Below, in pieces: positions 36,246 to 50,560 of a DNA stretch of 57,065 nt. The stretch covers positions 10,216,466 to 10,273,530 of the forward strand of contig NC_068982.1 in assembly GCF_001194135.2 (NCBI RefSeq), in the 5' to 3' direction. Under the pieces are notes generated by a model, which searched no databases, was not told the origin of the DNA, and saw only the letters and a program-made list of their open reading frames with translations. The translations under genes were made by a program, and so were the position numbers. Position 1 is the first letter of the stretch, and every line of letters starts with the position of its first letter. The stretch comes from Octopus bimaculoides (taxonomy: Eukaryota).

Positions 36246-38434
36246 AACAAACAACTAAATATGGACGAGTGTTTCAGTTCAATTAGCAGCCTAATGATTA
36301 ATGGAACGTTGTTGACTGAAACAATACGTTGTAATAATAACTAAGACATTTAACTTTCTATAATCCACACGACCAAACTAAAAATTAGTTCCATTAAGTT
36401 GAAAATTGGAAAAGTTGGAATTTTTATTCTGGCACCCGAGTTCAATTTTCGTCGAGGTTAATTTTGTTTTCATCGTTCTGGGCTCGATAAATAAAATCTC
36501 AGTCAAGGTTGTTTGAATGGAAGATTCATTAGAGTGTTTTACACGATGCCTTGTGCCATTTGTCTAAGCCGTTTGCATTCTGAGTACAAATCCCATCGTA
36601 GCTTACTTAAGTGGTATGCTTAATTTATCGACCAATTTAACACCATTACCATGTCTTTGGCTGAGTTTTGTGTGAGCTATTTCATTGTAAGCATTCAAGC
36701 TTGAGGTTACCTTCTCACGGCCCTGAAAAATGTCATAAGCAATGCCCTTCCTCCTGACTAAGCGACAAAAATATGGCAGTCAGTGTTCCCTTCTATAAAA
36801 GAGGATATCTATTTAGTCCTCATCTTGAGTGCATAACGTTACACATGATCAAATACAAATAACTATCTAAACTTATATTAATCTCATATTACATACATAT
36901 CTCCATGTGATTTCTTAGTCAAGTGTAAGGGATTTTTAATATGAACGTCGTTAATTACAAAATCATAATTAATTAATTTAAGATTATTTTACTCAATACG
37001 GTTGATGTTATTCGGAACTTGTATATTCTAAGAAGCACGACTGTGAATATTATTAAGCTTTCTATTAAGTGAGCCAATCCTTGATTTGCATTTAGTTCCT
37101 CTTGATAACGATTTCTCTTTAAGCACGTATTTAATGCTCTTCGTAAAGACACGAATAATTTAAATTATAATGAATCCAAACATAAAAAAAGCTCATGCAT
37201 GCAAACAAAATCTATTATTCATACGCTTTTCGGCTAACAGGTCGTTGACATCTTGACTTTGCTGGTAGGATTTGATTTATTGAAGTGCTTACGTTTCATG
37301 CTTTACCAACTAAAAATATGCAGTCTACATCAGTGAAAATCATATTTTTCACTGGAATACTTGAATTATTACTGTCAAATGTAAATGATTAATTTTTGTA
37401 CAACGATATCCTCTACTCAAATTCTCACGCGCAGTTAATTCATGCGCAGTCGCAAACAAGAGTGAACACCATTACATGTTGAATTACAACACAAGCAAAT
37501 GATTTATTGCTAGATAACAAACCACTCTGCATATATTCATCATAACTGAAAAAAAAAAAAAGGAAATTAAAGTAATTATCACTAACTGTCATTTTTATCT
37601 TTTAAAGTTTAAGAAGTAATATCTTATATCTTATGCGACATCGTATAATCTACTTAAAATATCAACTTGTTAGATTTTTTTCGAAACTTGAAAGAAATAA
37701 GTGTTTGCTATTTTTGATTATATCGTAAAGCTGCATTTAAAAGTGTCTTCAACAGTTTAACACTTAATATTTTCATATTTGGCCGTTACTATAAAAATTG
37801 ACGAAGTTTTATAGCGAACATCCATTGTTTAATCCTCTCTTCTTGAACCAATAGATCAATGAACAACCCCTGGTACCTTCCTGGAGAAGTGCTGTTTGCT
37901 TGTCATAGAATTTTTACGCGAGAATAAAAACGTGACTTCATGTTGGCGCCATCACAGTTTTTCCTTTTTTACAAGACATCATCTTGTTGGTTAAATGGAG
38001 ACAAATTTACCATATCTGGAAGTAACAAATACTGCAAAGCGTTTTGTAAAACGGTTTTTGACAAAGATATTAAAAAAGTACGCAGACGTGAGATGTCTAA
38101 CTGAGATTAATCAATATTTATTGCATCTCTGAAATCAATATAAACTACAGTAATTACTTCATTCTAACTGAAAAATGAACGAAACCCGATATAATGATAT
38201 AATATATGAAATAAGATACCGGTTGTAAGTAGAGATAGTTCGATCACCGCCTTGGGTTGATATTCATTTTTATCGATTCCAGAAACATAGAGAGTAAAAC
38301 CGTCTTCATTAGGGTTGTGAATACGTGGAACTAGTACAGTAGCACAGTTTGTTTAACGCCATAATGATTCTACCAATGCACCATTATCAAGAACTGTCAG
38401 ACAAGAAATACTTATGATATTGATGTATTCTAAG

Positions 38435-38600
38435 AGCAGCGAGCTGGCAGAATCGTTAGCACGTCGGTCTAAATGCTTTGCAGCATTTCGTCCGTCTTTA
38501 TGCTCCGAGGTCGACTTTTCTTTTCATTTTTTCGGGGTCGATAAAATGAGTATCAGTTGAGCACTGGTGTCGATATAATCGACTTAACACTTCCCCCAGG
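38435..38600 (+). mobile_element. SINE type B, degenerate
   Basis: gcagcgagctggcagaatcgttagcacg...ggggtcgataaaatgagtatcag. Confidence 0.8.
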
Positions 38601-38949
38601 GTTGTACCAATATTTTAAACCAATAGTTTTGTATTCTGTTATTCTTTTACTGGTTTTAAATCTTAAGCTGAGGACATGATATCCAACCCAACACATCTTT
38701 TAATCCAGCACTTATCTTTATCGATACATATTTATCGAATGACTAAGTCACATCTTTTACACAATCCCAGTTTTTATACCGGTAAACTTTAACAAAGATA
38801 TGAATGGGATGACATACATCAAGCTGAGGAGCCTCTACCTGGTCAGTCAATAAGTTAGAAATAGCAACATACTCTTCAAATCGCAACTCCTTGAAACACG
38901 ATACGTTACTTGATGAGATCTTCGGTTCCTTGCACTTATGAAATAAACA

Positions 38950-38980
<31 letters not shown>

Positions 38981-39246
38981 NNNNNNNNNNNNNNNNNNNN
39001 NNNNNNNNNNNNNNNNNNNNNNNNNNNNNNNNNNNNNNNNNNNNNNNNNNNNNNNNNNNNNNNNNNNNNNNNNNNNNNNNNNNNNNNNNNNNNNNNNNNN
39101 NNNNNNNNNNNNNNNNNNNNNNNNNNNNNNNNNNNNNNNNNNNNNNNNNNNNNNNNNNNNNNNNNNNNNNNNNNNNNNNNNNNNNNNNNNNNNNNNNNNN
39201 NNNNNNNNNNNNNNNNNNNNNNNNNNNNNNNNNNNNNNNNNNNNNN

Positions 39247-39300
<54 letters not shown>

Positions 39301-41107
39301 CGTGTGTAAACAAAGTTAGCGGTTACAGTAACTCTCTGAGTGAGAAGTAAGCAGTAACAGTAATACAGAGTAACATCTATTTGCCAACGGAAATTGGCAG
39401 TCCTGGTTAGGACGATGTTACTACCTTTTTTTAGCCCCAGGAAAACATCTTTTCCTGCTGGCTACCGACGCACATACATATATACATACATAAATACAAA
39501 CATACATACATACTCACATACATACACACATATTTATATATAAAACACTTTCCCCTCTGATAAATTTCTCTTTCAATACATTGATCAATCCGCATTTATT
39601 GTGGAACGCAGATACTCAGGTTGCAGCAGGTTGAGATCGAATCTGGAACAATGTGTTTATGTAACCAACTTCTTAGACTTTCGCCCACGTCTGGAATTGG
39701 AATTAAGATTGAAATCAAAATTATTTCTTCATCATTAATTATTTTTTCAGTCATTAAGGAGTATCATGGTATTTAGTTAATTATGCATATTCCAATTATA
39801 ATTCCATAATATGTTAAAAGTAAAATGGTATGATAAATGTCATAGCATATTAGATGACTGAGCTGTCAATTTAATTGATTCATAGCATCTGGATTATAAG
39901 TTGAAGCTCTGCCACAATCAAGCTGTTAGATGTTGGACAAATGTTCATACGTGAGATGCATCGCTGAGATTAATCAATATAAATTTATTGCATCTGTGAT
40001 ATTAATATAAATTAACATAATTAACTTTACACTAACTGAAAAATGAATACAACCCAATATTATGATGGTATATATGAAGTTAAATATCTGTTTAATGTAG
40101 CGATGTTTAATGCAAAACTGCATGAATAAACTGTCATATATTGGCAACGGAAGGAACAAAATGAAAAAGAAAAAAAAGGTCTTTTCATAAAAAAATTCCA
40201 TTTTCTGTTCACGTATATAACAACAATTTACATCACTTGGAAATTTAAGACACTTATTACTAATACAATTTTCATCAACCAATACTTTATTTGGTGTCTT
40301 CCACCTGACGTTCTACACATGTAAACAACTGAAGGCTCTGCGAAGGTAGAAGAACTTGCGGGTAAGTTCTTATCAGCGAGAGACTACCAGTGCGTTTCCA
40401 GGTTGGGAAAGAAAGTCTCTTGTGAGGGCTGGCTGAACGGGTAGCGTACATAAACTCATCGAGAAGGGAGAAACTTAGCAGAGCGAAGTTGCTGGCTACT
40501 TGTGCGTGCGATTGTGTGTTACGATCATCGTAGAAAACTTAAAACAGCTGGTTGTGGATTGGTACCACCTACTTTCACCACTCGTTGGAATAGACTCTTG
40601 TAGCCAAACAAATGATCGATACGTGTTACAAGGATAAGGGTGTTATCAGATTGGTAGAATCAGAGGGGTTTTTTTTGCATTTAGTGATAATGTATACGGG
40701 TTGACAATCAAGTGAAGTTGAGGAATGAGGTTTAGAAGGCGTTTTGTTGTATGTACGCCGTGCGTAGATGTAGAATAGTTTTATGCATATGATGTTTGAG
40801 AAGGCTTGGTAGTAGCGAGAATTCATTCTGCAAACGTGGTATAGGTCAGAATATCAAAATGCAATTTGGAAGATGCGAGAGAATGTAGCCTGTAGTGAAC
40901 AAGGATATTTTTTCCTTTTCTATCTTAAGGTTGATGAGATTGGTGATGATAAAGATGAGAAACATACACCTGATATTGTAGATTGTTCTTCCTATGCATA
41001 CTATTACAAGCAATATATCATTTCTTTTACACCTTGACTTCATAATAGCAATTCACGCTAAACACCTCTTGTTCTCTATTTTTTGTACACACACGCAAAC
41101 ACACACA

Positions 41108-41147
<40 letters not shown>

Positions 41148-41224
41148 AACACACGCACATACACGCTCACACATACACGCGCGCGTGCACAAACACGCAC
41201 ACTTATGTATGTATATAGTTCCCA

Positions 41225-41900
41225 TACTATTAAAAGAGGGTATCATATGCCCTGTCAAAAAAGGGAGGAAGCAGAGCCGATGCTAAAAATTACAGGCCTA
41301 TCTCTCCGATTTCACATGTTAGCAAGGTCATGTAACATAATGTCAGAAGGAGTCTGATCGCGTTCCTGGAAGAGAATAACTTGCTCACAAACACACAACA
41401 TGGTTTCCGTCCAGGGAGGAGCTGCCTCACACACATACTACATTATGATTGGGTATTGACACAGCAGTCCAACCACTCAAACGTGGATGTGATATATCTC
41501 GTCTTTGCCAAAGCCTTTGACAAAGTTGATCATGGGATGATATGTCACAAACTACGTGACCTTGGCGGAACTTGAGGCAATCGAGCGCCAGTACACAAAG
41601 AAGATTGACTCGGTGGAACAGGTGAGTTGCTGGGAGAGGATATAAGAACTTAAACTCTATTCCCTGGAGAGAAGGCAAGAAAGGTATACAGTGACATACA
41701 TATGGAAGTTCCTGGAAGGTCTCGCTCCCAACTCTGGAGTTAAAAGTTATACCAACCATCGAACCGGATCATTGCATAATACCAAAGATATCGTGTTCTT
41801 CATTTTAGATAAGGATTCAGTATTGTAACAGCTTCGGTCACAACAGTTTAACATCCTACCAAAGAAACCTAGAGATCTGTAAGGTGTAGGTGTGGAAACG
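41225..41900 (+). mobile_element. CR1-clade LINE RT fragment with internal deletion
   Basis: KNYRPIS...QHGFRPGRSCLT...DVIYLVFAKAFDKVDH joined directly to ELEAIERQYTKKI...LYSLERRQER; RT domains 3-7 are missing. Confidence 0.9.
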
Positions 41901-42354
41901 TTCCAAAAACACGTCACATTTTTTAGTTCCAGGTCTGTATGGTCTTTCAGCACTAATCAATTCCCTCTTGATAGTATAATCGTTGTTTCTGTCTTTAATA
42001 GAGATGTCAGATTTAAACACACTGAGATCGAAATATGGCATATACACCTTTCCTTTTATTTTCGATCTCGTTTTTGTCTTCAGTCTCAATTTTGTTTTCG
42101 ATCTCATTGTTTGTTTATATCTGACGTCTCGATACGAAACTTTGTAGCAAAAATCAGTGCTGGCTATAATTTCTGTTGAATACCTGTAGAAATAACATTA
42201 ACATACAATGTAAGCTTAATTGATTAAACAGATGAGCATCGTCTTGTAATATAACTAGCGCTATAGACGTAATCCTACATATTTACATTATACAATGTAT
42301 ATAAGGATATCCACGATATTTTTCTCCCTTTCACACTGTCTTGCTCTCCCCATC

Positions 42355-42411
<57 letters not shown>

Positions 42412-44684
42412 TTATTTCTCTTTTCTCTTATTCGTCCATATAATTTTTCATTATTTTCAGCCTCTTATTTTTTAGTCATCAGTACTTGATATCACACCAA
42501 CAGAAAAAGAGACACGACCCCTTGTTTCGTTGTTTTTGTTTAGATTCTGGTGGTTTAATTCCAATAGAACTATAGAACCTATGTTAAAGGTCGAACGTGC
42601 TAATATAACCCACAGAACCAGAAGCCTACGAATGTTGTTTTTCTTTTCCGTTATCTGATTTTGTTTGTCTGTACACTTCTTTTTCTCTTTTGACTGTTGA
42701 CCATTGCAGAACGGACGAAGTGTATCCGATTGAAGAGCAAATCATGTTTCATTTCAGCAAGTTGCTGCTATGTAATTCCACATATTCCATTTATTTTGGG
42801 TGTTGCACAAAAGTTACAAAAAAGCCACTAGATAAGGCGAGAATCGCAATTGGTTACAAATGGACCCATTTTTATGTATTCTAACTTTGTTGTAGTAGAC
42901 GATATGCATATGAAACCGTAATGCCGTGAAACTGCTGGAAATAAGGTAACAATGTTAATTTATTTGCAACAGTGCGGTTAGAAAGGGTGTTGCCCGAGCA
43001 ACTGGGGCAACAACCCTGCATCCGCCACTGAGTATATTGATTGGGAGCAAAAGTGAATAATGAAAATATTTAAATGATAAGAAAGGACGGCCTGTTTCAA
43101 ATGGGTAGAAAACGAGAAAATTTGTTGCTTTTCTCAGTTATATTATCAAAGTGAAACGAAATTGATTCAAGCGGGAACAGTAAATATGATGTGAACGCGA
43201 GTCGTCGCAAAAAAGAACAACAGAAACAATAGCAAGTTAATGAATGACTGATATATCCATCTCTACTCAAACAGACCTGGTAGAGACAACTGCAGTAGAA
43301 TTTACTGGCCATACTGTAACCGCGTCAATGTTCATAAGCTATACTGTGTAATGCGTTCTCCAAGCAGACGATCACTTATATCACAAGAGAAATGTTGCTT
43401 GTTTTATCAAATAATTTTTTAGAATGTTCGTTATCACGAGAACTAAATATAAAATGAATGTAGGAAATTACTGTTATAAAAATTTACTAAGAATATACAT
43501 GTGTCGCCTCACGAATATAATATCTAATAAAATTAGCAGTTTAGCATTCAAAAACGCTAGATAAAGAAAATTAAATATCCGAAGTAATATCCATAAAAAA
43601 CGATAAAGGATTTAGAATATAGCTCCTGGTAGGTAATGGTGATTCAACATTAATTGAACGGATGCCATCTATGTTCCATGGCAGCATATCTTTGATATAA
43701 TAACAGTAATTTACCCAAATGTTGCGCTGATTTATTTTTATGTCTTCTGCAGTATTTATATCAGTTAACCTTCAGTATGATTCACTCCTCTTCTGAGACA
43801 AAAGGTGAATACCAACCAGAATGTTGAAGTCAATTTTACTGTCGATATTTAACGCCGTCCACCAACTGTTAATTATATCAATTTAACAACCTGAATGGTC
43901 CGCTTTCTCGTAATTTAAAGGATGGAAATAGCGAGAAGGGGTAAAGATAATCACAATCATGTTATTCTCTTCGAATTAAAATAAATCATGAAAGTATTTT
44001 TACTTTTCGTCTGTCTCTTGAAAGATATCAATCATGTTTCTTTATAACCAATTAGCTATTTAAACTTTATTCCGTTACCAATGTTAAACAAAGTTGCCCT
44101 ATAAATCTATGTATTTGATCAATTTAAAAACCCATCTGGATATTAGCAAAGTCTTTTCTGAACTATGCAGTAATAAATCTTGCAAATATTCTCAACTTTC
44201 TAAGAACAGATTTCTATTAAATTGAGTTAGGTCAGCAGTAAAGCGGGCCTGAAATACTTGATAGAATAAACCAAATTATGTTAATAGATTCCGGTAATTA
44301 AAAAAAGCAAGGGAAACAACCGCAGATTTGAATTAGCAAAAATCAATTAAATACAGAACACATTTGGAAGAAATTCTCATATAAAGTGATAGGATCAGTG
44401 TATATATGGGTAAATTTATATTTGTAGATTGTTCGAAAGAGGACAATGATTTTAGAGATTAACGCTTGCTGGTGACTATGGGCAAACAAACTGAGAGTAT
44501 CAAGTAAAGACAATTGGAAATAGCTTTTCAATGCGAATTGAATAGAGTGTATCAAGACTAAAATCATATATGCATTCAATGTCGGGTGCCTTGAACATTT
44601 TACAAGCAATTTAATATAGACATTTTCTCAAAATGATCACCAAAGTTAAATTATGCACTCCTCTAGTATTATTAGTAAAGAGGA

Positions 44685-45108
44685 AGGCGTCGAGCTGGCA
44701 GAAGCGTTAGCACGCCGGGCAAAATGCTTAGTGGTATTTCATCTGTCTTTACGTTCTGAGTTCAAATTCCGCCGAGGTCGACTTTAGTTTTCATCCTTTC
44801 GAGGTCGTTAAATTAAGCACCAGTTACGCACTGGGGTCGATGTAATCGACTTAATCCTTTTGTCTGTCCTTGTTTGTCCCCTCTATATTTAGCCCCTTGT
44901 GGGCAATAAATATATAAGAAATGTTAGCACGCCGGGCGAAATGCTTAGTGGTATTTTGTCCGTCTTTACGTTCTGAGTTCAAATTCCGCCGACTTTAGCT
45001 TTCATCCTTTCGGGGTCGATTAATTAAGTACCTGTTGCATACTGGGTCGATCTAATCTACTGGCCCTCTCCTCCAAAAGTTGCGGGCCTTGTGCCTAGAG
45101 TAAAAAAG
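44685..45108 (+). mobile_element. Two tandem SINE type B copies with different tails
   Basis: Long-tail copy at ~44685-44915, then a 5'-truncated short-tail copy at ~44920-45108. Confidence 0.9.
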
Positions 45109-45404
45109 ATTATTAATAAAGAGGATGCTAACCTGCATAATATAGTGAAACAGGAAATTGTAATTAAATTACACCTTCCAGATTGAGGAAAGGTAATTAT
45201 TTTGAATAATTAAGCAATTTGATACGTGAGACAACTACGAAATTTAAATAATTTAAATTAATTGTAAATAGAATTCAGTGAGAAGTGGAGCAGGAAGATC
45301 TTTGGCAAGGTAGTGACAACATTGGATGTTTCAGTCTTATGAGACCTCTTTAGGGAAGTATATTCTAACCCTTGCGACCAATCTTAAAACATTACTGAAG
45401 TATC

Positions 45405-45870
45405 TTTTAATTGTTTCAGTTATGGAACTTCAGCCATGCTGGGGTAACGTCTGGAACGGATTTAGTTGAAAAAAATCGGTATATGAACTGGGGATTTTTT
45501 AAAGTCTGGCACGTGTTCTATCGGTTTCTTTTGCCGATCTGCTAAGTTACGGTGACGTAAACCAGCGCCGGTTGTCAAGCGGTGACATGGGTACAAATAC
45601 AAATGCACACACACGCACACACACACAAACACACACACACACACACACACGCACACACACGCGCGCGCGCGCACACACACACACATATATATATATATAT
45701 ACATATACACGACGGGATTCTTAACATTTTCCACGTACCTAATCCGGTCACAAAGGTTTTAGTCAGGCCTGGACGACAATAAAAGACTCTTGTCTAAGGA
45801 CCACGCAGTAGGACCAAACCCGGAACCATGTGCTTGGGAAGCAAACCCTTTACCATATGGCCACGTCTGC
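45405..45870 (-). mobile_element. SINE type C with internal (CA)n
   Basis: Head at ~45810-45870, internal microsatellite, tail ttgtttcagttatgga...ccatgctgg. Confidence 0.75.
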
Positions 45871-46879
45871 TAAGACTTTTAATAGATAATTACCGAATGG
45901 CTATGAAGATACTCACGGACGCATGCTGCATGAAAAACAATACGTAAAGTGAGCGCGAATATGTTTAATGTCGTGTGCTTGTATCAAATATATTAACAGC
46001 AACGTATTATCTGCAGTCATTCGTCTACTACAAGATTGTTTTTGACAATCAAGAAAATCAAAGAATATAAATTTACAACGTAGAAGCTTGTATCTGCAAA
46101 ACTGAAATACTAAAATTAAATGGCAAACCATATTAATGGCAACTTGTTTCTACTGAAACTGTAATTTAAGTTATGATCGTCAATAATAAAAATAAAACAA
46201 TAACTTGTATTCAAACCGGTACCATACTTGTAATAGTCGTTCACCAAATATTTGTTTAGATATATTAAGTTAGATTTATTTGATTTCTGTAACGATTAAA
46301 AAACGTGCGAATGTTGAAGAAACATAACTGATTTATGACCTCATAAAACAGACTTTTCCGACTTTACAAATACTACTTTTATAATACGATGCAGCTGATT
46401 GTATAGAATGCTCAAATCAAACATAGCTTTTGTTATAGAACAGACGTCGGACAAAAATATTTCTAGATATAAAAGTACATAGAGATTTCGAAAAGCTTTT
46501 CCAATGAAAGCAATGAGATGTGTATAAATTCTTGATGTCTATGGTAAATCGGCCAACACATGTACTGGTATATTTTGCTTTTCGGACCATATAAAACATT
46601 TACATATTTTAAATTCAGAATCAATATTACTATTTATTCCAAAGAAGAACAGTTACAAATGTATAGTATACATATATGCATGAACGAGCTACATTTGTCA
46701 GAAAGTCGAATAGGATTTTCTAAATTCAATCCTTCAATTCGTAAGTTATTACCAAAATAGTTTAGTAAGATTTGATTTCTAACTTGCATAAATAAATATC
46801 TGTATTTATTTCCTCCATTTTCTTACCTCTCCAATAATAATGATGATCATCATCATAATAATAATAATAATGATAGGTA

Positions 46880-47385
46880 TAATCACACGCCAGAAAAGGT
46901 CACAGAAAACAAGGAAGCAACTATACTATGGGATATGCACACAGATAGAGAAATCAAGACCAATAGGCCAGATATAGTTGTCAGAGATCATGAAGAAAAT
47001 GATGCTTTCTAATTGATGTATCAATACCAGTAGATGACAACGTTTCTCTAAAAGAAATGGAGAAACTTTCAAAATACAAAGACCTGGAAATAGAGGTAAC
47101 TCGAATGTGGAATCTAAAATCAGAAAAAAATTCCTAACATAGTAGGCGCATTAGGTATGATAAAAAATATTCAGACAAATGCATAACAAAAACACTAAGA
47201 CTTATAAATATATATAACATACAGAAAATTACACTAGTGCGCACTGAACACATCATATTCAAAACACTTTCAATACAGTAACCATAAGAGCATCACAGCA
47301 AACCACAATACATACCCAAGGCGTACAGAGCTGCGCTCGGTAGTGAAGTGAAAGCACGTTATAAAAAATAAGACTACTGAATAAT
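46880..47385 (+). mobile_element. R4/Dong-like RLE LINE 3' fragment
   Basis: HTPEKVTENKEATILWDM..D....NRPDIVV...LIDVSIPVDDNVSLKEMEKLSKYKDLEIEVTRMW; flanked by (AAT)n and aataataac(AGT)n. Confidence 0.9.
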
Positions 47386-47388
47386 AAC

Positions 47389-47449
<61 letters not shown>

Positions 47450-47559
47450 CTCTTGTTCTTGTTCATGTTATTATTATTATAGTTGTTGTTGTTGTTGTTG
47501 TTGTTGTTGTTATTATTATTATTATTTACGCGGAGTCTGGAAGAATCCGTAGTGCCTCG

Positions 47560-47990
47560 GATAAAATGTTTGGCGACATTTCTTCCGCCTAATAACGTTC
47601 GGAATTAAAATTCCCGCGAGGTTGTCTTTACCTAATATCCTTTCGGGGTCGACAAAATAAGTACCAGCTGTACACTGGGGTCGATGTAATCGACTTACAC
47701 CTTCCCATAAATTGCTGGCCTCGTGCCAAAATTTGAAGGCAATATTTGAAGGCAACGAGCCGGCATTATTGTTGGCACATTGGGCAAAATGTTTAGCGGC
47801 ATTTCTTTCGAGTGAATGTTCTGAGTTCAAATTTCTCCAAGGTCGCCTTTGCCTTTCATGCTCTCGGGATTGATAAAATAAATACCACTCAAGCTGAGGT
47901 GTCGATGTAATTGACATATTATCTTTCCAAAAATTCCTGGCCTCGTGCCAAAATTTGATACCAATATTATAGGCATATCGGGTTTATGGG
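47560..47990 (+). mobile_element. Cluster of degenerate SINE type B copies (third tail variant)
   Basis: Two bodies ending aaattgctggcctcgtgccaaaatttga. Confidence 0.75.
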
Positions 47991-49352
47991 ACGTCGTATA
48001 ACATGTCTGGCTTCGTGCCTAAATTAGAAATTGTTTAGCAGGAATCTTGAAATTTTTATTTAGTTACGTCTTTTTACATTCTAATTTCAAATGCAACCAG
48101 GGTCGACTCCATCCTATATAACTACAAGTATAACACGAGGACCTTCGAAGCACAGGGTAAAATTAGTCGGCCATATTTCCCTATTTACGCTTTTTTGCGC
48201 GCGTGAAAAATCATTATTACTGTCAGAGAATGCATTCATTATAACTGAATTGTGAGTGGTGATTAATTAACATATTAGAGAAAAATGCGTTCAGAAAAAT
48301 ACGTAAGATCTGAAGCGCATCCCGTCCACTCCAAGTAATTAATTAACGAAGACTGTTTTTAGCAGTTGCTGCGAAATCTGTTTGTAATAGCAGATAACTC
48401 GCCTGCAAACTTTACTCTACCGTCTGTAAGTAATGGGTAGACTGAATAATGTAGTCTGCGAACATTATTACTGAAAACAAAACAGACGACACAGCTATGG
48501 CTTGAGTGTCCATTGTCGTTGATTGTAGACCTAATCCACCAGAGTTGACTTGAAGCTAACTAACAATAACAGCGACAGCAACACATTACAAAAGTAGAAT
48601 TAACAGACGCTCGATATACGACACACAGTTCTTTTCGCCACAAACTGAAAGCAAACTTACAAAAAGAAGAAGGTGGTCGTGGTAGTAGTGGTGGTGGTGT
48701 TTGCGTTTTCTTTCAATATATTAATCAGCAGACTATTATTCTCTGCTCAGTATGTTACACGTCACTTGTGGTTATTTACAAATAATTCATCACTTCTTAT
48801 ATAAGAAGAAAATGTCCTCCATGATTCAGTAGCTGAAAGCTAGTCTCACCATCCAGAATCCACAGATAGATAACACGGATTTAAGACACTGTCAAGACCG
48901 TCCAGATTTTCTTATCGAAAATTTTCAGCTCATTTTAATTCACAGCAGTGGAATTGAAAACATTTACTAGGATTATATTTTCAGCTTTTCGTTTCTTTTC
49001 GTCTGTTTTTGAGATGGCTAATTTGCAGATTTCAATACTTATGAAATGGCAATCTAGAGAGCCGAAGTGGATGGTCACATGATTTTGACACCTTAATGCG
49101 TCCGTTCTGTGTTCGAATTTTCCCAATGTGTTTCATAGGTTTACCTTAAGGAAAGAGTTTAGCTTTTTTTCTTTATTTTTATCACGTCTTTATTTCACTT
49201 ATTTCGCCGGAACGTGATTATAATTAAATAATTATTTGAATATTGAGAATATCTTATGCGCGCCCGCGTTTGTGGGTGCGTACGAATGTAGTTGTTCATG
49301 TGATATGTGTATGTGTGAGTGTGTTGCGTATGACTTTGTGAGCGTGTGTGTG

Positions 49353-49439
<87 letters not shown>

Positions 49440-50009
49440 GCACCGTTGAAGAAATGTNNNNNNNNNNNNNNNNNNNNNNNNNNNNNNNNNNNNNNNNNNN
49501 NNNNNNNNNNNNNNNNNNNNNNNNNNNNNNNNNNNNNNNNNNNNNNNNNNNNNNNNNNNNNNNNNNNNNNNNNNNNNNNNNNNNNNNNNNNNNNNNNNNN
49601 NNNNNNNNNNNNNNNNNNNNNNNNNNNNNNNNNNNNNNNNNNNNNNNNNNNNNNNNNNNNNNNNNNNNNNNNNNNNNNNNNNNNNNNNNNNNNNNNNNNN
49701 NNNNNNNNNNNNNNNNNNNNNNNNNNNNNNNNNNNNNNNNNNNNNNNNNNNNNNNNNNNNNNNNNNNNNNNNNNNNNNNNNNNNNNNNNNNNNNNNNNNN
49801 NNNNNNNNNNNNNNNNNNNNNNNNNNNNNNNNNNNNNNNNNNNNNNNNNNNNNNNNNNNNNNNNNNNNNNNNNNNNNNNNNNNNNNNNNNNNNNNNNNNN
49901 NNNNNNNNNNNNNNNNNNNNNNNNNNNNNNNNNNNNNNNNNNNNNNNNNNNNNNNNNNNNNNNNNNNNNNNNNNNNNNNNNNNNATATATATATATATAT
50001 ATATATACT

Positions 50010-50535
50010 CTTTTAATCTGTTACTTGTTTCAGTCATTTGACTGCGGCCATGTTGGAGCACCGCCTTTAGTCGATCAAATCGGCCCCAGGACTTATTCTT
50101 TGTAAACCTAGTATTTATTCTATTGGTCTCTTTTGCCGAACAGCTAGGCGACGGGGACATAAACACACTAGCATTGGTTGTCAAGCAATTCTAGAGGGAC
50201 AAACACAGACACACAAACATATATATATATACATATATACGACAGGCTTCTTTCGGTTTCCGTCGACAAAATCCACTCAGAAGGCATTGGTCGGCCCGAG
50301 GCTATAGTAGAAGACAGTTGCCCAAGATGCCACGCAATGGGACTGAACACGGAACCATGTGGTTGGTAAGCAGCTACTTACCACACAGCCACTCCTGAAT
50401 ATATATATATTCAGTTTCCTTCTACCAAATTCACTCACAAGGTTTTGGTTGGCCCATGGCTATCGTAGAAGAAGCCTAGTCAAGGTGTCATGCAAAGGGA
50501 CTGAATCCAGAACCATATGGTTGGAAAGAAAACTT
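50010..50535 (-). mobile_element. SINE type C, full copy plus partial copy
   Basis: tRNA-like head gtggctgtgtggtaagtag..., centre atcttgggcaactgtcttctactatagcctcgggccgacc, internal microsatellite and tail; second 5' half at 50412-50535. Confidence 0.9.
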
Positions 50536-50560
50536 CTTACCACACAGCCACACATGCACC

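Noticed and set aside
40620-41040. Possible Penelope-like RT relic on the minus strand
   Set aside because: No motif could be aligned with confidence
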